DNA of 64,000 bases from Acidobacteriota bacterium (lineage in GTDB: Bacteria; Acidobacteriota; UBA6911; RPQK01; JAJDTT01), in contig OZ253580.1 in the NCBI GenBank assembly GCA_965263035.1, positions 3,104,001-3,168,000 of the forward strand, read 5' to 3'. Below, piece by piece: positions 9,274-18,581 of the stretch. Positions within the stretch are counted from its first letter, which is position 1. Each line of letters starts with the position of its first letter. The notes beneath the pieces are model-generated. The model was not told where the DNA came from. It did no database searches and saw nothing but the letters and a program-made list of their open reading frames with translations. The position numbers and the translations under genes were made by a program.

Positions 9274-10265
9274 GAGAATTCGCCGCACGAAGTGCCATCC
9301 TCGTCTGCTGCCTGCTGGTACTGCAGGGACAACCCCCCGTCCGGTTGGATTCCCAGGTGGATCTGACCCAGGTCACCGTGGGGGATCCGATTCGCTTCAC
9401 CCTGACGGTGACGGCGGTCCCCGGCGTGGAAGTGGATCTGCCGGAACCGAACCCGGATTTGGGCGAGTTCGAGGTCCTCGGCCGAGAGGTCGCGGGTCCG
9501 GTCGAGGAGGAAGGGAATCGGATCTGGACCGTGGCCTACACTCTGGCTCTCTACGAAACGGGCAGTTTCGAGATTCCGCCGGTCCCGGTGAGCTATCGTG
9601 GCGACGGGATCCAAGCCGGTTCGGTCCAGACCCGGGAGCATTCGGTTCGGGTCGAGAGCACTCTGTCGGACGATTCCAAGGACATTCTGGACATCAAGGG
9701 ACCCCTGGAGATTCCGCGAAGCCTCTGGTCCCTGTGGCCCTGGTTCGCCGCCGCTCTGGGTCTGGCGGCCCTGATCCTCCTGTATCTTCGCCGGAGGGGC
9801 GGGGAGGCTCCATCAGCGGTCTCCCGGAAACCCCGGCTCTCGCCTTATGACGAAGCGTATCAGGCGCTCTGCCGCCTCCGGGACTCGGGACTTCTGGAAG
9901 AGGGTCAGCTCAAGCCCTATTTCACCCGGCTCTCGGAGATCATCCGCCGCTACCTGGAACGGCGGTATCCGATTCAAGCCATGGAATCGACGACCACGCA
10001 GGTCCTGGACCAACTGCGGAAGCGGGCTCTCGCCCTGGATGAGCTGCAACTGTTCCGGGACTTCTTCCCTTGCTGCGACCTGGTCAAATTCGCCAAATAC
10101 GCCCCCCCGGTCCCGGAGCAGGAGCGGGTCACCCAGTTGGCTTTCCGGATTCTGGAGGTCACCCGCCCGGCGGAACCGGTTCTGTCGCCCACCCCGCAGT
10201 CCGCGCCGGAGACCGGTGATCGTCAGCCAGGGGATCGCCGCTACGGGCAAGACGATACACATTAG
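9270..10265 (+). CDS. BatD-like / DUF4381-type membrane-anchored protein of the bat operon
   Basis: Signal peptide, VTVGDPI Ig-like domain, DIKGPL + TM helix, ESTTTQ..DLVKFAK C-terminal motif; ATGA overlap with DUF58. Confidence 0.8.
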   Translation: MREFAARSAILVCCLLVLQGQPPVRLDSQVDLTQVTVGDPIRFTLTVTAVPGVEVDLPEPNPDLGEFEVLGREVAGPVEEEGNRIWTVAYTLALYETGSFEIPPVPVSYRGDGIQAGSVQTREHSVRVESTLSDDSKDILDIKGPLEIPRSLWSLWPWFAAALGLAALILLYLRRRGGEAPSAVSRKPRLSPYDEAYQALCRLRDSGLLEEGQLKPYFTRLSEIIRRYLERRYPIQAMESTTTQVLDQLRKRALALDELQLFRDFFPCCDLVKFAKYAPPVPEQERVTQLAFRILEVTRPAEPVLSPTPQSAPETGDRQPGDRRYGQDDTH

Positions 10266-10276
10266 AGGAGGTCATC

Positions 10277-10597
10277 ATGGTTCTTGTTCCCCCGATTTTG
10301 CTTGGGGCTCTGATCGACGCTGTTGTCACGGCCGTTACGAAAGTCATTGACAAGCGAATGGGCAAAGACACAGGGTCCGGCATCGATGCGGCAGCTGTGG
10401 GCCAAGCATTCCATGAGGCCACGACGACCCTGCACGACGACTTGGCTCAGATCCGGGAGGCTATTGCGTCGCGTCCCACGAGCGAGGCCCTGGAATCGAC
10501 CATCCGCGATCTGGAATCTCGGATCTATCGAGCCCTGGCATTACAAGCCGCCGGCATCGTGGGGATAGTTGCGGCCCTCCTGTGGGTTCTCGGATGA
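10277..10597 (+). CDS. Small coiled-coil protein with C-terminal TM anchor (DUF1640/CCDC90-like), inserted in the bat operon
   Basis: Strong RBS AGGAGG; heptad-like helix then LESRIYRALALQAAGIVGIVAALL. Confidence 0.6.
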   Translation: MVLVPPILLGALIDAVVTAVTKVIDKRMGKDTGSGIDAAAVGQAFHEATTTLHDDLAQIREAIASRPTSEALESTIRDLESRIYRALALQAAGIVGIVAALLWVLG

Positions 10598-10766
10598 GGA
10601 TCGTGTACAGGATCACGGCCGCACGGATTCTCCCACCGAGTGGGAGTTCAAAGCTGACCGCCGGCGGGTCCGAAACCAGTAGAGTGGACCCCTGGGGCCA
10701 TAGAGAACCTCGATTTGGACAATTGGGGATCTACGACCTGATTTCGCTTTGCCCCGAGATTTGACC

Positions 10767-11759
10767 ATGTCGTACCGTTTCGCGGATCCGTGGTTTCTCA
10801 GCCTGCTGCTGATCCTTCCCCTGATCCTGGTCTGGACCCTGAGGCGGGCGGGCCGCCGGAACTCCAGTCTGCGGTTTCCGCATGTGGGATCTCTCAAGAA
10901 GGCCTACAAGCCCATGGCGGCCCGTTCCCGCCATTTTCTTTTTGCCCTTCGGTTGATCGCCCTGGGGCTTCTGGTTCTCGCGGCGGCCCGGCCCCAGAGT
11001 GGAGCCACCCGTGAGGAGGTGACGGCGGAAGGGATCGACATCGTTCTGGCCTTGGATCTGTCCACTTCCATGCTGGCGCAGGACATCGAGCCCGACCGGA
11101 TCGAGGCGGCGAAGCAGGTGGCCGCCGACTTCATCCGGCGCCGGACGAATGATCGCATCGGCCTGGTCGTCTTCGCCGGTCACGGGTTCGTCCAATGCCC
11201 CCTGACCCTGGACTACGGGATCATTCTGGATTTTCTGGACGAGTTGAAGGTAGGTCTGCTGGACGACGGAACCGCCCTGGGCATGGGCATCGCCACCGCT
11301 GTCGGCCGTCTCAAGGAGAGCGAAGCCGAATCCAAGGTGTTGATCCTGCTCACCGACGGCCGCAACAACGCGGGGGAGATCGACCCTGCCACCGCGGCCC
11401 AGATGGCCCAGGCCTTCGGAATCCGCATCTACTCCATCGGAGCCGGCACCCGGGGCGTGGCCCCCTACCCGGTGGACGACCCCGTCTTCGGCCGCCGCCA
11501 GACCCGGATCCGGGTCGACATCGACGAAGAGGCTCTCCGACAAGCCGCCGACACCACGGGCGGGCGATATTTTCGGGCCACGGATCGTGAGAGCCTGGAG
11601 GAGATCTACCGTGAGATCGACGAGTTGGAAAAGAGCGAGATCAAGGTGAACCAATACACTCAGTATGGAGAGCTGTTCCCCTATCCGCTGGCCCTGGCGG
11701 TCGTGATTCTGTTGGGTGAGCTGGGACTCTCCGGAACCTGGTTTCGGAAGATACCGTGA
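10767..11759 (+). CDS. batA: BatA VWA-domain protein
   Basis: RFADPWFL N-terminus, AARPQ, MIDAS DLSTSM, DRIGLVVFAG, ILLTDGRNNAG. Confidence 0.92.
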   Translation: MSYRFADPWFLSLLLILPLILVWTLRRAGRRNSSLRFPHVGSLKKAYKPMAARSRHFLFALRLIALGLLVLAAARPQSGATREEVTAEGIDIVLALDLSTSMLAQDIEPDRIEAAKQVAADFIRRRTNDRIGLVVFAGHGFVQCPLTLDYGIILDFLDELKVGLLDDGTALGMGIATAVGRLKESEAESKVLILLTDGRNNAGEIDPATAAQMAQAFGIRIYSIGAGTRGVAPYPVDDPVFGRRQTRIRVDIDEEALRQAADTTGGRYFRATDRESLEEIYREIDELEKSEIKVNQYTQYGELFPYPLALAVVILLGELGLSGTWFRKIP

Positions 11760-11786
11760 AACCAGACATACCAGAGGGAGGGGATC

Positions 11787-12818
11787 TTGTTTCGGTTCGG
11801 TGAACCGCAGTTGCTGTATCTGCTGGTTCTGTTGCCGCTGTTGCTGGCTTTTCTGTTCTGGGTGATCCGGAGCAAGCGGCGCGGGATCCAGGTCCTGGTG
11901 GGCTCCCACATGGCGGCCCGGCTCACCGGGAACTCCAGCAGCCGGCGCCAGTGGTCCAAGGGACTCCTGGTAGTGGCCGCCGTCGGCCTGCTTTTCGGCG
12001 GTCTGGCCCGGCCCCAGTTCGGGACCCGCATGGAGACGGTGGAAAGAGAGGGACAGGATCTGGTGGTGGTCCTGGATCTGTCGGCGTCCATGCTGGCCGG
12101 GGACATCCAGCCGAACCGCCTGGAAAAGGCCAGGCACGCCATCGGAACGCTCATCGGCCTGCTGGAGGGGGACCGCATCGGGATCGTGGGATTCGCCGGC
12201 GAGGCGTTCGTCCAATGTCCGCTGACCCTCGACTACGGAGCGGCCAGGACGTTGCTGGCCTCCATGGGGCCGGAGTCGATACCGGTGCCGGGAACGGCGT
12301 TGGGCGAAGCCCTGCGCAAGGGGTTGGAGCTCTTCTCGGCCGAGGAGAAGAAGCACAAGGTGATGGTTCTGATCACCGACGGCGAAGACCACCTGGGACG
12401 GCCCCTGGAGGTGGCCCGAGAGGCGGCCGGCCAGGGAGTGGTCATCCACGCCGTGGGAATCGGGTCGATGCAGGGAACCCCCATACCGGTCTTCGATTCC
12501 GAAGGCCGCGCCCAAGGCTTCAAGAAGAACAGGTCAGGTGAAGTGGTGATGACGCGGCTGGACGAGAGCACGCTTCGCCAACTGGCCGAGGAGACGGGAG
12601 GCACCTATCACCGGGCCTCCCCCGGCGAGTCGGAATTGGAGGGGATCTACACAGAAGTGGCCGCCATGGACAAGAAACAGCTTGCCTCCATCCAGGTGGC
12701 CCAATATGAGGAGCGGTTTCAGATCCCCGTCCTGTTGGGTCTGGTGCTGCTGCTGGCCGACGTCCTGTTGGCCGAGCGGCGGCGAGTCGACAGAGTCTGG
12801 AGAGGGCGTTTCCGGTGA
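11787..12818 (+). CDS. batB: BatB VWA-domain protein
   Basis: MFRFGEP, ARPQFG, DLSASM, ITDGEDH, TRLDE. Confidence 0.9.
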   Translation: MFRFGEPQLLYLLVLLPLLLAFLFWVIRSKRRGIQVLVGSHMAARLTGNSSSRRQWSKGLLVVAAVGLLFGGLARPQFGTRMETVEREGQDLVVVLDLSASMLAGDIQPNRLEKARHAIGTLIGLLEGDRIGIVGFAGEAFVQCPLTLDYGAARTLLASMGPESIPVPGTALGEALRKGLELFSAEEKKHKVMVLITDGEDHLGRPLEVAREAAGQGVVIHAVGIGSMQGTPIPVFDSEGRAQGFKKNRSGEVVMTRLDESTLRQLAEETGGTYHRASPGESELEGIYTEVAAMDKKQLASIQVAQYEERFQIPVLLGLVLLLADVLLAERRRVDRVWRGRFR

Positions 12819-13678
12819 TCGGATTTCGGCGTCTGTTCGCGGGACTGTTGCTGGCGGGACTGCTGTCCGGCTCCCAGCCTCTCTGGAGCCAGGCCGGCAG
12901 GGAGAAAGTTCTGGAGGGGAACCGGAATTTCTCGAAAGAAGACTACGACAAGGCTCTGGAACTGTACCGGGAGGCTCTGCAGGAGAGCCCGGATTCCCCG
13001 GCCATCCGTTTCAATCTGGGGGATGCATTCTTCAAGCAAGAAGAGATGGAGGATGCCGCCGATTCCTTCTCCCAGGCTCTGCAGTCGGAGGATCCCGAGA
13101 TCAAGTCCCGGGCCCAGTATAATCTGGGCAACTCGCTCTTTCGCCAGGGCAAGCTCCAGGAGAGCCTGAGCGCCTACCGGGAAGCTCTGAAGCTGGCTCC
13201 CGGGGACCGGGACGCCAAGCACAATCTGGAATTCGTACTCAAGCAGTTGCAGGAGCAGCAACAGCAGCAGAAGAATCAGAACCAGCAGGGCGAAGGGGAG
13301 CAGGAAAAGGACAAGGACAAGGATAAGAACCAGGACGAGAGCCGGTCCGACGGCGAGGATCAGTCAGAGCAAGGCCGGCAGGACCAGCAGGAAGAGGGGC
13401 AGCAGTCCCGGGATCAGAATGACCGGAAGGATTCCGAAGCTCCTGAACAGCGCCCGGGGGACCCGCAGGAAAACAGGGACGAGAAGTCTCGCGCGGCCGG
13501 CGACCAGCAACAGGAACCTCCCCAGGAGGGTCAGGCTCAGGCCCCTCCCGACGGCTCTCGGCCCATGTCTCGTGAAGAGGCCGAGCGCCTGCTGGAGGCC
13601 CTGGCTCAGGCCCAGGCGGGAATCAAAAAGAAACTCGAATTGCGCCCGGGAACCGTGAAGGTAGAGAAGGACTGGTGA
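12815..13678 (+). CDS. batC: BatC TPR protein with Q/E/D-rich linker
   Basis: TPR motifs (FNLGDA, YNLGNS), Q-rich tract, MSREEAERLL...KDW end. Confidence 0.88.
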   Translation: MIGFRRLFAGLLLAGLLSGSQPLWSQAGREKVLEGNRNFSKEDYDKALELYREALQESPDSPAIRFNLGDAFFKQEEMEDAADSFSQALQSEDPEIKSRAQYNLGNSLFRQGKLQESLSAYREALKLAPGDRDAKHNLEFVLKQLQEQQQQQKNQNQQGEGEQEKDKDKDKNQDESRSDGEDQSEQGRQDQQEEGQQSRDQNDRKDSEAPEQRPGDPQENRDEKSRAAGDQQQEPPQEGQAQAPPDGSRPMSREEAERLLEALAQAQAGIKKKLELRPGTVKVEKDW

Positions 13679-15507
13679 AAAGGATCTGCGGAGTCGTTCT
13701 GACTGCGGTTCTGCTCTGTGGATGGGCGGGTGGACAGGACCCGGCGGTGCGGGCGTATCTGGACCGTACGTCCGTCTTCGTGGGAGAGCGGTTCACACTC
13801 TCGGTGGAGGTTTCGGGCCAGGGCGCCTCCGGAGCCGGAGAGCCGCGTTTGCCTCCCATGGAGGAGTTCACCGCGTTCCTGGGACGTCGGAGTTCCCAGC
13901 AGTATCGATTGGTGAACGGACGCATGTCCTCGTCCAGGACCTTCAGCTATCAGTTCCAGGCGACCCGGGAAGGGGAGTTCGAGCTCGGCGCGGTCCAGGT
14001 GCAACTGGACGGCAGGGTCCACAAGACGGCCCCCCTCCGGATCCGGATCGGCGGCACCGGTCGACCGGCTCCCGCTCCTCTTGGCGACCGCCGGCCGGCC
14101 GGCACGGCTGCCCAATCCGATCTCTTCGTGCGCGCAACGGCCGACCCGGAGCGCAGCTACCGGAATCAGGCCCTGGTGGTGACTTACAAGATCTATACGC
14201 GCGTCAGCGTCTCCTCGTACGGGATCTCCAAGCAGCCGGAGACGGCTGGTTTCTGGGTGGAAGACTATCCGCAGACCCGGCAGCCCCAAACCGATGCCGA
14301 AGTGATCGGCGGCCGGCGGTATACGGTGGCGCTGATCAAGAAGATGGCGCTTTTCCCCACCAGCGCCGGGGAGAAGGAGGTCGGCCCCCTGGTCCTGGAA
14401 TGCCGGGTCCGGACCCGAGGCGGCTCCCGGGACCCCTTCCGAGGCTTTTTCTCCGGCGACCTCTTCGGGCGTGAAGTGACCCGCCAAGTTGCTTCCAATT
14501 CGCTTCGGGTGCAAGTCCTGCCCTTGCCCCAGGAGGGCAGGCCCCCGGAATTCCAGGGCGCCGTGGGAAGTTTCTCCATTGCCGGTCAATTGGACAAGTC
14601 TCAGGTCAAGGCCAACGAGGCCCTGACCTACAAGGTTCGGATTTCCGGCAGCGGCAATCTGGCCGGACTGAGCGAACCCCGGATTTCCTTCCCTTCCAGC
14701 TTCGAAGTCTACCCGCCCAAGGTGGAGCAGCAGATCCGACGGGATCCGAGCGGGATCTCGGGAGAGAAGACCTACGAATACGTGCTCATTCCACGCCGTC
14801 CCGGTCCGGTGCGGCTGGGGCCGGTGAAGCTGGCGTACTTCGACCCGGTCGAGGGCGCCTACCGGATCAGCCGCGCTCCTGAGTTGTCGGTCCAGGTGGC
14901 GCCGGGCGATCACCTGGCGGAAGCGGCGGAAGGAGGGCTCTCCCGCCAGGAGGTGAAGCTGCTGGGGCAGGATATCCGGTTCATCAAGATCGGATCCGGT
15001 TCATTCCGCAAGACCGGGGAGTCCTTGCTGACGGCCGAGGGGTTCTGGATTCCCTTCTCCCTGCCGCTTCTGTGCCTTCTGGGCGCCGTCGGTTACCGGC
15101 GGCATCTGACGCGCCTCAAGGGAGACGTGGCCTACGCGCGCGCAAGACGGGCTCGCCGGATCTCCCGAAAAAGACTTGCCCGGGCCCAGGCTCATCTGGA
15201 CCAGGGCGCGGAGAAAGAGTTCTATCAGGCCGTGGGACAGGCGCTCATGGGCTATCTGGCCGACAAGCTCAACGCGGCCCAAGCCGGAATGGTCAGTCAG
15301 GAGGTCAAGGAGTCGTTGCGGGTCAGGGGCATCCCGGAGGAATCCCTGACGCGCTATTTCGACTGTCTCCAGATCTGTGATCTGAAGCAGTTCGCGCCCT
15401 CTTCCTCCGGCCGGGAGGAAATGCGGAACCTGATGGCCAGCGCCCGGGAGGCGCTCACACGGATGCAGCAGGAGCTGGCGTCCCGGCCGGAAGGGGGGCC
15501 CTCCTGA
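13675..15507 (+). CDS. batD: BatD protein
   Basis: Signal peptide, Ig-like domains, PLPQEGRPPEFQGAVG, GSGNL, YFDP motifs. Confidence 0.9.
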   Translation: MKRICGVVLTAVLLCGWAGGQDPAVRAYLDRTSVFVGERFTLSVEVSGQGASGAGEPRLPPMEEFTAFLGRRSSQQYRLVNGRMSSSRTFSYQFQATREGEFELGAVQVQLDGRVHKTAPLRIRIGGTGRPAPAPLGDRRPAGTAAQSDLFVRATADPERSYRNQALVVTYKIYTRVSVSSYGISKQPETAGFWVEDYPQTRQPQTDAEVIGGRRYTVALIKKMALFPTSAGEKEVGPLVLECRVRTRGGSRDPFRGFFSGDLFGREVTRQVASNSLRVQVLPLPQEGRPPEFQGAVGSFSIAGQLDKSQVKANEALTYKVRISGSGNLAGLSEPRISFPSSFEVYPPKVEQQIRRDPSGISGEKTYEYVLIPRRPGPVRLGPVKLAYFDPVEGAYRISRAPELSVQVAPGDHLAEAAEGGLSRQEVKLLGQDIRFIKIGSGSFRKTGESLLTAEGFWIPFSLPLLCLLGAVGYRRHLTRLKGDVAYARARRARRISRKRLARAQAHLDQGAEKEFYQAVGQALMGYLADKLNAAQAGMVSQEVKESLRVRGIPEESLTRYFDCLQICDLKQFAPSSSGREEMRNLMASAREALTRMQQELASRPEGGPS

Positions 15508-16268
15508 TGAATCCGCGGGCGGTCGCTCTGCTTTTCCTGACTCTGGTTGCCGTTCCGGTGTGGGGAGACTCCAGGGAGGGGCTCTTCCTCCAGGGGAATC
15601 GCCTCTACGAGGCCGGCGACTACCGGAAGGCGTTGGAGAGCTACGCCGGCATCGCCGCCATGGGATACGAGTCGGGCCCACTCTATTTCAACATGGGGAA
15701 TTGCTACTACAAATTGGGCGAGGTGGGGCAGGCGATTCTTCACTACGAACGAGCGGCTCGACTGATCCCCGGAGATGAGGATCTGGAGATCAACCTGTCG
15801 CTGGCTCGGCTCAAGGTAGTCGATCAGATTCCGGAGCTGCCCCGGTTCCGGCTCTTGGTCCTCTTGGAGCGGCTCGTGTTCTATTTTCCTCGCAACGCTC
15901 TATGGATCCTGATGTGGAGTTCCTATGCTGTCCTGACGTCGGCCTGGATTCTCAAGCTTCTGTGGCATCGGGCACGCAGGTTTTCCGGTAAGATCATCTG
16001 GGCCGGAGCTCTCTTGGTGATCCTTTCTTCCTTATGTTTGGCCGGTCAGATTCGCCGGGAAAGAGAGTCCTCCGAGGCCATCATTCTGGCCCAGGAGGCC
16101 AGGGCCGTGAGTGCCCCGGGAGAAGAGGGCATCCAGGTCTTCACGCTTCACGAGGGGACCAAGGTACGGATTCAGGAAGTTTCGGGATCGTGGGTCGAGG
16201 CCCTGCTCGCCGACGGTAACGTGGGGTGGCTCAAGGCCGACTCCCTGGCCAGGATCGCTCAGCCATGA
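15507..16268 (+). CDS. batE: BatE TPR + SH3 protein
   Basis: YFNMGNCYYK TPR, two TM helices, FTLHEGTKV...GWL SH3. Confidence 0.9.
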   Translation: MNPRAVALLFLTLVAVPVWGDSREGLFLQGNRLYEAGDYRKALESYAGIAAMGYESGPLYFNMGNCYYKLGEVGQAILHYERAARLIPGDEDLEINLSLARLKVVDQIPELPRFRLLVLLERLVFYFPRNALWILMWSSYAVLTSAWILKLLWHRARRFSGKIIWAGALLVILSSLCLAGQIRRERESSEAIILAQEARAVSAPGEEGIQVFTLHEGTKVRIQEVSGSWVEALLADGNVGWLKADSLARIAQP

Positions 16269-17038
16269 GATCGAGAATCAGAAAACCGGCGGTTTTGACG
16301 CTGGCCGCGGCGCTACTGATAGTGGGACCCGCGTCTGGTGCGATCCGGCAGCAGGAGAAGCCGACCCATCTCATCGAGGCTGCCGAACGGGGAGACGTGG
16401 CCGCGGTGAAATACCTGCTGGACCTCGGTGTGGACGTCAACGGGAGGGACGAGCAGGGAACCACGGCTCTGACAGCCGCCGCTTGGGTGGGTCAGACCGA
16501 AGTGGTCAAGATCCTGTTGGAGCGAGGCGCCGAGATCGATCCCCGGGATGAGCTGGCCGGAATGACACCCCTCATCTGGGCCTGCTGGAAGGGATATGGC
16601 GACACCGTAGAGGTTCTTCTGGAAGCCGGAGCCGGCGTGAACCTCAAGGACAAGAACGACCGGGCCGGGCTCATGGGGGCCGCCTGGGAGGGGCGCACAC
16701 TGATCGTCGGGAAGTTGCTGACCGCCGGAGCCCAGTTGGAATCACGCGATTACACCGGGGCCACCGCCCTGATGTGGGCCGCTTGGAACGGCCGCCTGGA
16801 AACCACGCAAGCCCTGCTGGCGGCCGGGGCCGCCGCCGACGCCCGCGAGAACGAAGGAAAGACGGCACTCATCGGCGCGGCGACGGAGGGCTATCTCCCG
16901 GTCGTTCGAGTGCTGGTGAACGCGGGAGCTCGCCTGGATATCAAGGACCAGAAGGGCCTCACTGCCCTTTCGGCCGCCGCCTCCAACCGTCACACCGAGG
17001 TCGTCCGCTATCTGCAAGAGGCCGGCGCCACCAGGTAG
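16265..17038 (+). CDS. Secreted ankyrin-repeat protein, translationally coupled to batE
   Basis: Signal peptide, about 7 ankyrin repeats; ATGA overlap with the batE stop. Confidence 0.9.
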   Translation: MRSRIRKPAVLTLAAALLIVGPASGAIRQQEKPTHLIEAAERGDVAAVKYLLDLGVDVNGRDEQGTTALTAAAWVGQTEVVKILLERGAEIDPRDELAGMTPLIWACWKGYGDTVEVLLEAGAGVNLKDKNDRAGLMGAAWEGRTLIVGKLLTAGAQLESRDYTGATALMWAAWNGRLETTQALLAAGAAADARENEGKTALIGAATEGYLPVVRVLVNAGARLDIKDQKGLTALSAAASNRHTEVVRYLQEAGATR

Positions 17039-17045
17039 GGGCTCC

Positions 17046-17110
17046 TGGGAGGGGGGACATCCTTGTCCCCCCCACACCCCGGAATCGGGGGTTACAAACC
17101 CCCGCTCCCA
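17046..17110. repeat. REP doublet (family C) between convergent genes
   Basis: TGGGAGGGGGGACATCCTTGTCCCCCCC...GGGGGTTACAAACCCCCGCTCCCA; reverse complement resembles 60681-60745. Confidence 0.7.
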
Positions 17111-17120
17111 TACCGCCCCG

Positions 17121-18545
17121 TTATTCCCAACCCGGTTCAAATCCCCGGTCTCCGGGGATGACGTTCAACTGCCTCCGCAAGTCGAGACAGGCCTCCTCCC
17201 AGCGGTCGAGGTCATCCCTGAGCTGATCGGCGGCAGCCGGGACCGACCCCCGCTGCAGGAGGTTGTCCAGTTCGCGGGGATCCTGCGTGAGATCGTAGGC
17301 TTCGTCACCGTACTGGGGATCCCGGATGTAGGAGAGCTCCCGGCTCCGTCCGGCGCGAACCAGGGCGTTTCGCCGCCCCGATTTGAAGGTTCCGGTGGGA
17401 AAGGTGGACTTGAGATGTCCCTGGTAGTCGCCGACCTGGGCGAAGACGACACGGCGTAGCGGCCGCTCCGCTCCCCGGCCCACCCAGGCCATCAGATCCC
17501 GTCCCTGAGCGTATTCGGGAACCGGAATTCCGGCCAGTGAGAGGAAGGTGGGAAAAAGATCCACCAGATCCACGAGGCCGGGGATCCGGATTCCCCTCCG
17601 AGCCGTGAGATTCGTGGGCGGGCGGATCACCAGCGGGACGTGGGTCAGGCATTCGTACGGCACCTCGCACTTCTCGAAGAGTCCTTTCTCTCCCATGAAA
17701 TCGCCGTGGTCGGAGGCGAAGACCACCCAGGTGTTCTCCAGCAGTTCCCTTTCGGCCAGGGCCTGGAAGACCCGATTCATCTGGTCGTCCACATAGCGGA
17801 TCATTCCGTTGTAGACGGCCACCACCTTTTTGAGATCGTGTTCGGTAGCCTCCCCGGTCCGGACTTCCTTGAGGGCCTGGTCTTGCCAGGCGGGCCTCGC
17901 CCCGTCGTGGTCCATCACCGGGAGAACGACGTGGTCGGGGTCCACCATGGAATCGTAGGGGGGAGGCACGAAATAGGAGGGATGAGGGTCGTTGAAGGAG
18001 AAGTGGAGGAAGAAAGGCATCCGGGATCGCCGTGCCGTGTCGATCATGCGGATCGACCGATCCGCCAGCAGCGCCGAATGCCCCTCCTCGGGAGGGCATT
18101 CGATGGCTCCGCAGGACCAGCCCACGTCTCTGCGGCCATGAGAGTACTTGGTCTCCAGGGCGCGGGCCAGCGGACCGGGCTCGCGCAGGTCCACCTGCTC
18201 GTACCAGCCGCGGCTCAGATTACGGCCTTGCTCGAAATGACCCGAGACCGCGGTGTAGTAACCGTGCGAGGCGAAGAGCTCGGACATCTGCGGCAGGTTC
18301 AGAGGAGCCTTGTTCTGCCAACAGGTGACCTGGTGGACCAGGGGATGAACTCCGGTGAAGACGGAAGCCCGGCTGGGGGTGCAGATGGTGCTGGCGGCAT
18401 AGGTCTCGGGGAAAGTGATTCCCTCTGCCGCCAGACCCTCCATGAAGGGACAGGAGATCAGCCGGTTTCCCAGCATGGGCGCCGCCGAGGCCTTGAGTTG
18501 GTCGGCAGTGATGTAGATGAGGTTGGGCTTATCCACCGTTTTCAA
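17121..18545 (-). CDS. Formylglycine-dependent sulfatase
   Basis: PNLIYITADQ, CTPSRAS signature, FNDPH, SDHGD. Confidence 0.93.
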   Translation of the reverse strand: MKTVDKPNLIYITADQLKASAAPMLGNRLISCPFMEGLAAEGITFPETYAASTICTPSRASVFTGVHPLVHQVTCWQNKAPLNLPQMSELFASHGYYTAVSGHFEQGRNLSRGWYEQVDLREPGPLARALETKYSHGRRDVGWSCGAIECPPEEGHSALLADRSIRMIDTARRSRMPFFLHFSFNDPHPSYFVPPPYDSMVDPDHVVLPVMDHDGARPAWQDQALKEVRTGEATEHDLKKVVAVYNGMIRYVDDQMNRVFQALAERELLENTWVVFASDHGDFMGEKGLFEKCEVPYECLTHVPLVIRPPTNLTARRGIRIPGLVDLVDLFPTFLSLAGIPVPEYAQGRDLMAWVGRGAERPLRRVVFAQVGDYQGHLKSTFPTGTFKSGRRNALVRAGRSRELSYIRDPQYGDEAYDLTQDPRELDNLLQRGSVPAAADQLRDDLDRWEEACLDLRRQLNVIPGDRGFEPGWE

Positions 18546-18581
18546 ATCAAGAAGACCCTACCGATGCCGTAGGAGTCCATC

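Noticed and set aside
10731-12515. Long antisense ORFs (e.g. 10731-12515, 18600-20375, 19810-21699, 56109-57689)
   Set aside because: These are shadow frames of well-supported genes, expected from GC-rich codon bias; no motifs.
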